From Octopus sinensis (taxonomy: Eukaryota): 64,000 bases of DNA. Of the stretch, positions 49,378 through 62,500 are shown piece after piece. The stretch covers positions 68,262,001-68,326,000 of the forward strand of contig NC_042999.1 in NCBI RefSeq assembly GCF_006345805.1. The letters run 5' to 3'. A program made the translations under genes and the position numbers. The notes below the pieces were generated by a model that did not search any database, was not told where the DNA came from, and worked only from the letters and a program-made list of their open reading frames with translations. The first letter of the stretch is position 1; the number at the start of each line of letters is the position of its first letter.

Positions 49378-50598
49378 TCAGAGTGAGGAAAAATTCAAAT
49401 CGTCTGTACAGTTTGAAATACACCATTTGGTAAAGTGTGACGAGATCATTCGGTTGAGGAAAGATATCAAAAAATCATAGATTCCATGTGAGGGTTTCAA
49501 AGCCGCAGCTTTGTTGGACGTTAGAACTGGAGTTATATGAACAGAAACAGAGGTGAGGTTCATATATTCTACGTCGGGAATCACGTTCAACCGAAATATG
49601 GTTATTGGTTTTTCAGTGGAATCTTTCTCTGCGCTAATAATATGGTTGCTAATTTTTTTCTCTAGTTCAAAAGGAGTACAGTCGCCCTGGGCTATAAGTT
49701 TCTGTCGTACGTTCTTTCGATTGAACCAGATGTGGTGTTTAACAGTACAAACGAGGTCGATAAGTTCCTTTGCGTTTCCTTGTTTCCGCTTGGTGCCGAT
49801 GTCGGACAACAAATCAACGCCTTCATGAACTTCTGTGATTGTGACTGCATCACTGCTGGGACCGTCGCCAAGGAGGTTAGAATCCTTTTGGCCAGTTACG
49901 GGACTGTCACTTCCTTCAGTGCTTTCAACATTCATAGCAGTTTCTGAAGAATTGGATGATGATTGATCAAGATTCTTGAGGTTTTCTTTAAGCATTTCCT
50001 CCTCCTCTTCTTCCTCCTCTTCCTTCTTCTCTTGACTCTGCTTCAAAATATCACCGAGTTTCAAAATGCCAGGAGTGACATTTGTCTCTGATTCGTTACC
50101 AGTCGATGGTCTTACATCTTTTGTTTTTTTCCTTTTCTTCTTTCCTCCTTTACTGGGAAATTCTTCGTTGCTGCATTCTTGGTTCAAAATCGAACTATCA
50201 ATATCACACGTTTTAGAACATTCTATTAGAAGTAGATCACTCAATACTGTTTTCAGGAACACGCAGAAAACTTGGCACCATAAAAGCTGGTTGCATTCAG
50301 ATTTTTTGGAAAATTCTGTCAGATGTTTGTTTAAACGGCAGACATTGATAGGAAAATTAAGGAGAATTGGTTGAGCAAATGACTGTCTTTCCTTAAATCT
50401 TTCTCTCCCCTTAGGGGGTGGTTCTTCAACAACAAGAATACTAGGTATGCCCCACAAATTTTTGTCAGACTTGGGTGCGGAAAGTTGAGTTTGAGCTTTG
50501 AAAAGTCCTTTTATAAAGTCCATTTTCACTTTGTCTGTAACATTTCCCGCAGTGTTGATTACCAAAATATAAGGATCTTGAACACAAACTGAGCTCAA
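49378..50598 (-). CDS. TUT1: TUT1-like terminal exon (nucleotide-recognition motif, basic NLS-like run, poly-Glu, KA-1-like C-terminus)
   Basis: 406-codon ORF directly after ttcag acceptor; TGA at 49380-49378. Confidence 0.9.
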   Translation of the reverse strand: MSSVCVQDPYILVINTAGNVTDKVKMDFIKGLFKAQTQLSAPKSDKNLWGIPSILVVEEPPPKGRERFKERQSFAQPILLNFPINVCRLNKHLTEFSKKSECNQLLWCQVFCVFLKTVLSDLLLIECSKTCDIDSSILNQECSNEEFPSKGGKKKRKKTKDVRPSTGNESETNVTPGILKLGDILKQSQEKKEEEEEEEEEMLKENLKNLDQSSSNSSETAMNVESTEGSDSPVTGQKDSNLLGDGPSSDAVTITEVHEGVDLLSDIGTKRKQGNAKELIDLVCTVKHHIWFNRKNVRQKLIAQGDCTPFELEKKISNHIISAEKDSTEKPITIFRLNVIPDVEYMNLTSVSVHITPVLTSNKAAALKPSHGIYDFLISFLNRMISSHFTKWCISNCTDDLNFSSL

Positions 50599-53500
50599 CT
50601 GAAAAGACAGACAAAAAAAAAAAAGATTACATTTTAGTTGACATTAATTTTTTCTTGTGTGTTTTCTGACTATTTTGTTTTTCATACATGTTACATCAAT
50701 TGTTTTTAGACCTAGAGAGTTTACTTTACATATAATGTATTTGAAGGCACAGATGTAGCTATGTTCTTCTTAAGTTTGCTTCTCAACCACAAAGGCTTCA
50801 GGTTCAGTCCTGCTGCCTGGCACCTCGGACAAGTGTCTTCTACTATAACACTGGGCCAACCAAAGCCTTGTGAGTGGATTTGGTAGACGGAAACTGAAAG
50901 AAGCCCATCGTATATATATGTATGTGTTTCCTTGTCTTGACACTGATTGATTGATTGTTGTAAATGAATGTGATTTCCAATATTCTGCATAAACATGCAT
51001 GGCCATGGGGTTAAAATATAAGCTTATTTGGAAACCCTAAAAACAATTTGGTGACAGGAACAACATCTTGCCATAAAAAAATCCATCTCAATGACCTCCA
51101 TCAAACCCATGCAAACATGAAAAAGTGGATGTTAAAATGATGATATACAGCTATATAAATACACACAAAAGGCTTCATACAGTTTCTGTCTATTAAAGTT
51201 CATTCAAAAGTCATCGGTCACCTGAAGGCTTGAAGACCAGCTAAGGACCCACACAGTGGTTGCAAAGCAGACTTTATAACTACATAGCCATGCTTCATTT
51301 ATATCAGAGCTGTGGAGTCAGAAACGATTAAAGGGTAGCTAGCGTAAGTAAAACTATACCAACTGCGACTCACAATGTCTTTATTCTTTAATATAAATCA
51401 GTTATAACATATATATTTCTTTACTACCCACAAGGGGCTAAACAGAGGGGACAAACAAAGGGATTAAATCGATTACATCGACCCCAGTGTGAAACTGGTA
51501 CTTTATTTATCAACCCCGAAAGGATGAAAGGCAAAGTCGACCTCGGTGGAATTTGAACTCAGAACGTAACGACAGACAAAATACTGCTAAGCATTTCGCC
51601 CGGCGTGCTAACGTTTCTGCCAGCTCGCCACCTTATAACATATAGGCGTACTCAAAGTACAAGCTTATGCTTCATGAGATATGTAGACCACAATCACTTA
51701 ATTACATAAAGAGGAGTCAGGTGCCAATAGTAGAGGACAATAGGCATAAACCAGTGTGAACGGTGGTTCCAGAAATTTCGAGTCAGAAACTACATCCTAG
51801 ATGAGCATCATCCTGGAAGATCCATAGAGCTTAACAATGATGTCCTGCAAACCCTGGTGGAACAGAATCACATCATAACTGTTGAGGAGCTAACAGAGAA
51901 GTTTGGATTTGGTCATTCAACCATTCATTGACACCTGCGTGCCATCAGAAAGGTGAACAAATTGGGTCAATGGGTTCCTCACAAACTTTTTGAGTCTAAT
52001 CATGCACAGAGTGAATGCATGTTCTTCTTTGCTGTCACGTCTCATGAATGAACCTTTTTTTTTTTGGACCAAATAGTGACCGGTGATGAGAAATTAGTTC
52101 TCTATAAAAATGTCAAGCACCAAAGAAACACTGGCACCCCAGGCTAAAGGTCTTCACCCACGTATGGTGTTGTTATCTGTTTGGTGGGATACGAACGGTT
52201 TAATCCACTTTGAACTTTTAAACCCAAACCAAACAATAACAAAGCAGATCTGCAAGCGGCTTAAATCAGCGCTGGAAGAAAAATGACCATCTTTGGTTTC
52301 AAGAGGAAAGGTGTTCTTCCATCAGGATAATGCTCGGCCACATACAGCAAAGATGACATTCAAAAGACTGGAGCAGTCTGAATGGGGAACGATGCTCCAC
52401 CCACCATATTCCCTGGGCATTACCCCATCTGATTATCATTTATTCTGCAGTCTTCCAAATCATTCGGACGGAAAAAATAAGACTTCTGTAGAGGAGGTCA
52501 GAACAGAACTGGAGGAGTATTTTTCATCATGGACAAGTGAATTTTGGAAGAGGGGCCTAGCAAGTCTACCAGATAGATAGAAGAGCATCATAGAAAATGA
52601 AGGTGGGTATATTTTAGATTAAAAAAGAACTTATCTTTATTTTGAAAAATAAAGCTGTATTATTTATGGGATGACTCATATATATAACACACCATTCGAG
52701 CATGATCATTACTGCGTGGCACATGAAACATTCGAGCGAGGTCATCACCAAAGCCGCTGGACTGGTTCCTGTGTAGGTGGCACATAAAAATCACCATTTG
52801 GGCGTGGCCATTGCCAGTATCACCAAACTGGCCCTCGTGTCGGTGGCACGTAAAAAGCACCCACTATACTCTTGGAGTGGTTGGCGTTAGGAAGGGCATC
52901 TAGCTGTAGGAACTCTACCAGATCAGATTGGAGTCTGGTTTGACAGACCTCAGTCAAATCGTCCAACCCATGCTAGCATGGAAAGCAGACATTAAATGAT
53001 GATGATGATATATGTATGAGTTTGGAGGGATATATTATCTGGGTGGCTCACAGGTAAGTTCCAGTTTACGACCAACCATATCGATCAGTATTTAACATCC
53101 TTAACTGCTATTAGTTGTCAGTCACTCTGAATTCCTCTGGTGGTTACTTCCGTGTTTACTTCACTGGACAGTAATATTAACTGTATTTATTAGTAATAAT
53201 TATACAGAGTATGGTTCATCTTCAAAACTTTGAGGATGAACAAGTCTCCATACTCTTTATGTGCCATATAATAAACACTAAGTCCACTCTGCTGAGTGGT
53301 TGGTGTGAAGGAAGGGCATCCAGCTGTAAAAATCCTGCTAAAATGGTTATAGAAGTTTGGTGCAGGCTTCTACCTGGCCATCTCTTATAAAACCATCCCA
53401 CCCATGCCAGCATGGAAGGCGAAAAATGATGATAATGATGATATATATATCTGAAGATTGAAACATTGCACAGAGCAATGGTATTGTAAAGTGTGGCGGC

Positions 53501-56500
53501 GAGCTGGCAGAAATGTTAGCACGCCAGGCGAAATGCATAGCCGTATTTCGTCTGCCGCTACGTTCTGAGTTCAAATTCTGCCAAAGTCGACTTTGCCTTT
53601 CATCCTTTCGGGATCGATTAAATAAGTACCAGTTACGCACTGGGGGCGATATAATCGACTTAATCTGTTTGTTTGTCTGTCCTTGTTTGTCCCCTCTGTG
53701 TTTAGCCCCTTGTGGGTAGTAAAGAAATAGGTATTGTAAAGTGTTGAGGAACAGATAATCTCCTTGTCCAGAATTGCAATGAACCAGTAGTCAGAATGGA
53801 AACACACATCAAAAGGCACTGTTGTTTACTCAACAAATATGAGATAAAACAAAGGGGTAAAAAAAACAAAAACAATGAACAGGAACAGCGGTGACAAATT
53901 ACTACAAACCTTAAAAGTTTTAAGCTCTGGATCATTTTCAAAGTCGGACCGTGGCAGAAGCTGGCCTGTGTGCGTTGATATCACAGTACTTTCATAGTCG
54001 ATGTGTAAGTAGAAGTCAAAGAATTTATTTAATAGAGTCTCTGCAAACATAGAAGTTACGTGTTTAAAGACTGACAATTGTAGGAGCAATAGGGAATGAA
54101 GAATAGTAGTTAATGAAATAACAGTAACAATAGAAACTCGGTTTAGTCATCAATGTATATAATAATGTATATACTCCACTGATAGGCCAGTTGCTGTGAT
54201 ATTTATCCCGAGGTAACATCTCATGGATGTGCTGTGTTAAAGACATAGCAAATAGACTGAGACAAAGATTTCCTTGCAGTGGCCAGCAAGAATGCCAGAT
54301 GCCTTTTGGCCATTTCATTGTGTACTTGCAGCCAGCCACATGCCTGGATGAGAATTTAAATAAAACATTCACTGATATCATGAACAGCCATCTGACCGAT
54401 TAAAAATCAGGTATATGCACTTGAGACAGTATTAAATTAAAATAGCTATCTACGTATCATACTAAATGTAGACAAGCTATTGATATGCCAGTCGCTGCAG
54501 TATTTGTCCTGAAATAGCATCTCTCGTGGATGCACCATGTTAAAAGCAATACATCTCATCCACACGGTAAAGTGGTTGGCCTCTGGAAGGGCATCCAACC
54601 ACAAAAACCATGCCAAAAGAGACACAGAAGTATGGTGCAGGCTCCTGCTTGGCCAGCTCCTGTTAAACCATCTAACCCATGCCAGCATGGAAAGTGAAAG
54701 TTAAATGATGATGATTAGAGAGAGATGAAAAATCAACCCAGCAGTGGCCAGTGAAAACACCAGATACATTTTTATTTTTTTTGTGTGTGTGTGTGTGTAT
54801 AGGGGGGTTGTTCTTCAACGATGTCTTAATCTTGGTCGTCTCTGACACAAGGTTTTAAGTTTTGAGAATAATGAAGAGTCAATTCTCTCAGCCCCCACTT
54901 CTTGACTGGTCGTTATTTTATCAATCCTGGAAGTATATACAGAAGACAAAGTGTATCCCAGTAAGATTTGAAATCAGAATAGAAATTGATGAAATTAAAT
55001 ACCACCAGGTATTTTTCTCTGCTGTTCTATCGATACTGCCTTTTGCCTGGGCTTCTTACCTAAATTATCTGTGTTCTTGCTTGCTGGTAAAACTTGCTCT
55101 GGAGGTCTCTTGGGGCAGGAATAGTTGCAGTCATCTACAATATTTCTTTCTTCTGGAGCTATATAACAGATTCAGAGAAAAATGGTGAGGCAAGGAAAAT
55201 TAATATAAAGTAACTACAGCAAAAAAATAACCTATCAAAGAAAAGATTTTGCATGTTTGATAATCATCTTTGTTTTGACAATCGTTTTCCACCAACGTAT
55301 GGATTGATGAAACTTGTAAACAAAATAAAGTGTAAAGGAATGACCACAGGATTGCACTTAGAAAGTTACCCTCTGAGGCACAAGTCTATGCAAGGTTGTT
55401 TATGGAAGACCAGTAATCACCCATGCATACCTCTCCACACTGCTGATGTTATCCAAGGGAAAGAAAAAGGCCAATACAGCTTGATGCCAGTAATGTTGCA
55501 ACTCAAAAAAGTTTGGGAACCACTACTCTCGGGTGCAAAAGGTATTGGCTGTACTTAATTCAGCAAGATCTCTCTTCACAGTCTTAAAAACGTTACCTAT
55601 ATCTAAAACTATCAACTGTGGTAATGCACAATGTGTTGGGACTTAGCTCAACTTTTAACATCCCAAACAGTGACAAGGTATCACACTCACTCAACAAGAA
55701 TACAATTATCATATGCTTTCTTTATTGTGTGCATTTATGTCGTCTTATCTGATTTGGTGTTTGCGCTTAATGTAAAATCAGTCCAGCTATTGTGTGGTCC
55801 GTTGCGGAAGACCAGTGGAATAAAGTACCTTACTTGGAAACAAATAGGGATTGGTGACATGAAGGGAATCGAAGTGTAGGAGACTGTCTTAACAAAGCTT
55901 TGTCCAACCCATGCCAGCATGGAGAAAGGAAATGCAAAATCGATGACAATGAGCTTGTGTGTGTGTGTGTGTAGGCACAGGTGTGGCTGTGTGGTTAAGA
56001 AGTTTACTTCCCATCCATAAGATTTTGGGTTCAGTCCTGCTGTGTGACGACGCTTTGGTTGAGTGTCAACCAAAGCCTTGTGAGTGGGATTTAATGAACA
56101 GAAACTGAAAGAAGCCTGTAAGAGTGCATGTTTGTGTTGTCTCCTTGCCTTGATATCATGTGCTAGTTGTAAACGAGGGTCTCTGTCACACAAGCAGTGC
56201 TATCTATTTCCAATATTCTGCAAGAATATGTCTGATCATAGGGAAATATTACCTTGCTTCAAAACAGGAGTTGAGGATTGGCAACAGGAAGGAGAACATC
56301 TGGCCACAGAAATTCTTACTTCAATAAACCCTGCCTGACTCACAGAAGCATGGGAAAATGGATTTAAAAAACACAATGATGATTATGAGAATATATTTTG
56401 CACAGAATTTATTCTAAAAGATGTAAAGTTTCTTTTTAGAAAATTAACCCTTTAGCATTCAGATTCCTTGGTCCAATTTATTGCTTATTCACATTATTTT

Positions 56501-59500
56501 GAATTTATCTGGCATTATCCCGTAGCTTCAATATTGCAATGATGTGATTATATATTTTTTGAATGACATTGTAGGGTATGTATGAGAGGCTGGATCTGAT
56601 CAGTTTGAATATAGAAGAGGCAGAATATTTTGGCCAGAGTGGTTGGCATTAGGAAGGGCATCCAGCTGTAGAAACTCTGCCAGATCAAGATTGAAGCCTG
56701 GTGCAGCCATCTGGTTCGCCAGCCCTCAGTCATTCGTCCAACCCATGCTAGCATGGAAAGCGGACGTTAAACGATGATGATGATGGCCAGTTTACATAAG
56801 ACATATAAGAATAAAGACAAAAAAAAAAAGAGAAAAAGTAAAAAAAAGAAGGGACTTACTACACAGCTCTATAAGTTCTTTGACAGATGGTAGGACCGCA
56901 GGTTGAGTGTTTTGTAAGAAAAACAGGATAAGTAAGGTGATTGAATAGCTGGAAAAACTTGTACCACCAATGCTCGCTAACTTCTGGTACTTAGCCCATA
57001 AACGGATAATGCACACCAAAGGGGCTACTCTCCAGTCGTATGATGAGAAGTATTTGAGGAGAACTGTATTGTGTAATCCATTCCTTAAAGAATTAAGCCA
57101 GAGGCTCATTATAATACTAGCAATAATATTAATGGTTCGTTACAGACAGTAAAAGTAATCATACCAGAGGATCACGATAATAATTAGTAAGAACAATATC
57201 AGAGATTCATTACAGAAACAGTAATTTCTTATTTCTTTATTGCGCACAATGGGCTAAACATAGAAGGGACAAAGTGATTAAGTCGATTATATCGACCACA
57301 GTGCGTAACTGGTACTTAATTTATCGATCCCAAAAGGTTGAAAGGCAAAAGTCGACCTCGGCAGAATTTGAACTCAGAACGTAGCAACAGATGAAATACT
57401 GCTGAGCATTTCGCCCACTGTGCTAACGTTTCTGCCAGCTCGCCGCCTTCATTACAGAAACAGTAATTTCTATTACAAAAAGCAATTATACCAAAGATTC
57501 GTTATAGTCATAGTAATTATAATAATCCATTCTACTATAGGCACAAGGCCTGAAATTTTGGAGGAGGGGACTAGTCGATTACATCAACCCCAGTGTTTCA
57601 CTGGTACTTAATTTATTGACCCTGAAACAATGAAAGGCGAAGTCAACATTGGCAGAATTTGAACTCAGCACCCATGCCAGCATGGAAGACAGATATTAAA
57701 TGAGGATGGCATGCATGCATATAATGATGGACTCTCCTGCCGAAGAATACATATGGGTGTTGAGTTTTTGCCAAATGACCTGCCCACATGATTTGTTTGT
57801 AGTGATCAAACATCTCTCTCCATCAAATCGACATTCTCTGAACAGGTGCACAAGTCTACCATGTGTCAGGTGACGAAGTGATCGCAGAGCAGCGTGAAAT
57901 TAAGTGTTTTGCTCAAGAATATATATTTCTTTACTACCCACAAGGGGCTAAACACAGTCAGACAAAGGGATTAAGTTGATTACATCGACCCCAGTGCGAA
58001 ACTGGTACTTTATTTATCGACCCCGAAAGGATGAAAGGCAAAGTCGACCTCGGCGGAATTTTAACTCAGAACGTAACGACAGACGAAATACTGCTAAACA
58101 GTCCACCCGGTGCGGTAATGTTTCTGCCAGCTCGCCGCCTATAAAGAATATAATGCACCACCCAATCTAGGAATTGAAACCATGTCATGATTGTGACTGA
58201 AATACCCTTACCACTAGGCTATATGACACACAGAGTTTCTGCCATATACTCTTCTACATTCTGACTATTTAATTGTCTGTCATCACCTTCTCTTTGCCTT
58301 TTTGATCATCCCACCCTTGACAAGGAGTGAGAATTCTCTACTCTTGTAGGATCATAAGGCAATCTCGCTTGCTTGTGTCATGATAGAATGCACTCAAGAG
58401 GTTGGTGAGTGAGTAGAAACACTACCAGTTTGTGAGGACTCGTTTTGTTCAGCTGAGTAGATATATAACAACATGAGGTGCCACCTAAAAGCGCTCAGCA
58501 CACACTGTAAGTGGTTGGCATTAGGAAGGGCATCCAGCAGTCGAAAACACACCAGAACAGACTGGAGTTTGGTGCAGTTCCCCAGCTTGCTAGCTCTGGT
58601 CAAACTGTCCAAACCATGCCAGCACGGAGATTGGATGTTAAATGATGGTGGCGATGAACCGCTCTGCTATTGGTGCCATGATAAAATGCAACCATTGTAC
58701 TTGGTAGTGATTACTGTTAGGAAGGGCATCCAAAATAGAAACCATGCCAGTGTATGTAAAATGATGATGACATACATGCGTGTACCAGTAGATTCCATGC
58801 AGAAACTATTCCTACAAGGCAAGTTACTTCTTCAAGGGACATAACAGGTTAAGTTGGCTGGCTCCAATGCAGGTGGCACGTAAAAAGCACCATTTGGGTG
58901 TGGCTGTTGCCAGTACCACCAAACTGTCCCTCATGCCAGTGGCACGTAAAAGCACCCACTACACTCTTGGAGTGGTTGGCGTTAGGAAGGGCATCCAGCT
59001 GTAGAAACTCTGCCAGATCAGATTGGAGTCTGGTTCGCCAGACCTCAGTCAAATCGCCCAACCCATGCTAGAATGGAAAGCGGACGTTAAATGATGACGA
59101 TGATGATCATCATCATCATTTAATGTTCAAATTTCCTGCTTCCACGGGTGAAACACTATCTTTTTGGAGGCAGATTTTCTATAGTCATATGCCCTTTCTG
59201 TTGCCAACAATCACCTGTTTCCAATCAAAGTAATATTTTCCTATGACCGGATATGTTTTTCAAAGAAGACAAGGAAAAAAGAAAAAAAACCTCACACTGC
59301 TTGTATAACAACAATTCTTCTCATTTACAACCATTGCATGATGTCAAGAAAAGATCACACACAAAGACACAAGTGTGCATGTGCATGTATGTCAACCAAA
59401 TCCACTCACATGGCTTTGGTCAACCCAGAACAATATCAGAAGAGATTTGTCCAAAGAGCCACACAGTGGGACTGAACTTGAAACCACAGGGTTGGGAAGC

Positions 59501-62500
59501 AAGCTGCTTTACCACACAGCCACAACTACACCTATATATTAAGGATTTCATTGATTAAATTGTTTTTCAAGGCAGTGCCCCAGGAGGGCCAAAATTTAAT
59601 GACAAACTCATAAAAAAAATGAATAAAATTCCTTACTTGTTTTGGAGAGATAAGTCAAAGGTGATGTTGGATTTTTTGTGAATAAATCGGACAATTGGAC
59701 ACTGGACACTTGGTATGGGGAAGAAATTGCCAAATGTATCCCTGAGGTGTTTACTCAATATCTTTTGAAGAAATCTAACTTGTTTATAGGCCGTTAATTG
59801 AAGAAACTCATCCATGGGAACTGCCTGGTTTTTAATAAATTTCAGACTGGCGCTAGCATCATCTGATTGTTCCTTCAAATCCTATAAAAAAATAAACAGA
59901 AATGAATGAATGAATGTGTGTGTGTGTGTGTGTGTAAAGACAGACAGGTAGATTTGACAGGGTATCTATAGAATAGATCAAGGCAGATCAGGTGATGCAG
60001 TATGACACAAATCAACAGATAAAACAATCAATTCAGTTAGCAAAGAATGCTTGTAATGCATCACATAGAATCTCTCAAACATTCAGGTTATACCATAATA
60101 CACACACACACACAGAGTATTAATTGATAGTAGAAGCCTGCCACATGGAATGTTGGTACTTATCTAAATCATGGATGAGACCATGAGGGATTTTGGGAAA
60201 AATAGACATACAATGGTACCTTTGTTAATACACAAATAAAGAATATTTATCCACCAATGCAGTGGTGAGCAATGGTTCTCACTGTTTAATGCAAACATCT
60301 CTGTCTGTCTATCTATATGCACACACAGAGCTTCAAAATCTTCCTTTGATGGGGACAAGATATTTCCCAAAATAAATACTGCATTAATTGGTCAAAAGTT
60401 CAAATCATAAACAAATGAGATAAAATGAATGTCTGTGTGTCTAAAACAGTACTCTTTTGAATTTGCATACTTCAGTTTAATAACTGATCAGATAAAGGCA
60501 ACTGAACAGGATCTTAGGAAAGGCTGAAAATAAAACAAGGCACTTAACCCTTTCATTACCAACCTGGCTGAAACCGGCTCTGGCTCTGTAGTACAAATGT
60601 TTTGTTTTCATACGTTTTGAATTAAAATTTTCCACTAAACATTAGTCACAAGTTATGTTCCTAACACTAGCTTAATGATAACTAAGTTATTTTACTAAAT
60701 TCTTTGTTATATTAAAAATGATTGAAAGTAACTCAAAGCATCTCAAAATAAATACAGTAACGAAAGGGTTAAAAGAGTTTATAAAGTCACCAGAGAACAT
60801 TTTGAATGATGTGATGTTGAAAGAACTGTTTGACAACAAAGAGCATCATAATATAGAGAGCAGTATAGCAACAGGGCTGGTGTACCACCCTCAGCAAGCA
60901 AATCTCTCCTTGCAGAGAGCCAGGTCAATCAAAGCTTTGTGGTTGAAATCTGGCAGAACATCAGAAGGGCTCTTACTGTTCTAGAGAATTCATGAGACAC
61001 TTGGTTGTCTTTAATGAAGTACACACTGTTGCAAGCATTTGAGTTAGATATCCAGTTTGAGGATGGCTTCCCCCTTGTCTCAGTGGCCATGGAAAGGGCT
61101 GTAGACATAACCACACTGCTTTTGACAGTTGACATGTAATTTTTTTAATTATAAGGAGCAAAGGCAGGGATCTTGAGAAACAACTGAAGAAAGAAAATTC
61201 TTGTAAATGGGAGAGGGGGAAGTGGCAATATTTCAGGTGTTGAAAAGCTAAAGTATGATATAGAGACAAGCACAGGTGTTTTGTTACTGAGGGGAATACA
61301 AGGCTAACCTACATTATATAAGGGTGGATGGTAGTACCTAGGAAGAATGTAGCCACTTCATCTTGTGGAAACTATTTAATTAAAAATACACAACATGCTA
61401 TGATATGAAACAAATACTAAAATCTTTGGAATGATTCAGGATGGCAGAAAAATAATAAAAAAACCTCACCCAAACAGCCCCTAACACTGTGCTGGGTTGC
61501 ATGGCACCAAGAATAGGGGTAAAGAAACAGCGTAAATAAAACCTTAGTATTTAAAATTGACTTTCTACTGCAAAATTAGATTAATACTCATTATCTCACC
61601 CTGGACACAAGTCTACAGGGTAAAGATATTTTGCATTCCACACCGATTACTCTCACTTGCCTCCAGTCCACCTGTGAATTATCATCATCATCATTTAACA
61701 TCCGCTTCCCATGCTAGCATGGGTTGAACGATTTTGACTGAGGGCTGGCGAACCAGACGGCCACACCAGGCTCCAAAAACTACTGCTGCTGCCACCACCA
61801 TCCCTACTACCATTGTCAAGCTAAGACTATGTGAGTGATTTAGGTGAAATAGAAATAGCTTTCCCAAGCCATGCGCTACTGTCTGAAAAATAAAAGTCAG
61901 GATGCTCATGGCTGAGAGGTCTTTGTAGATCAGTTCAAACAGGGTCAATATGGGGGCCAAACAACAACAATTACTACTGTTGCTACTGCCATTTTATCAT
62001 TCCCAGATTTTAAGGGCAGAGGACATTTGCCCAATAGGACATGTGAAGGGATCAAACCCAGAATTTGAGGAGCAAATCTAAATTGGAAATGATTTTGCAG
62101 ACAATGAAAGCAGTGTGACTCACTTTAGGCATTGGTCTATGAAGATCCAGGAACACATCGATATCACAGCCTCTAACACCAAATCCATTAACCGAAGATC
62201 CAAAGAGACTAACAGAACAACCTAGAAATATATAACAAAGTAGAAATAAAAAGCTTAAGTTAGATAATAATAAAAAAAATAATAAAAACAACAAAAGCAA
62301 TTTCATTATTTTAAAATATTAACAAAGGACATTATTCCTTCCAACAGGCATGGCTGTGTGGTAAGAAGTTTGCTCACAAACTACATGGTTTGCAGTTCAC
62401 TTCCACTGCATGGCACCTTGGACAAATGTCTTCTACTATAACCTCAGACCAGACCAACTAAAGCCTTGTGAGTGGATGTGGCAGATAGAAACTCAAAGAT

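Noticed and set aside
49553-50374. Plus-strand ORFs over the TUT1-like last exon
   Set aside because: Antisense shadows with no recognisable motif or splice support
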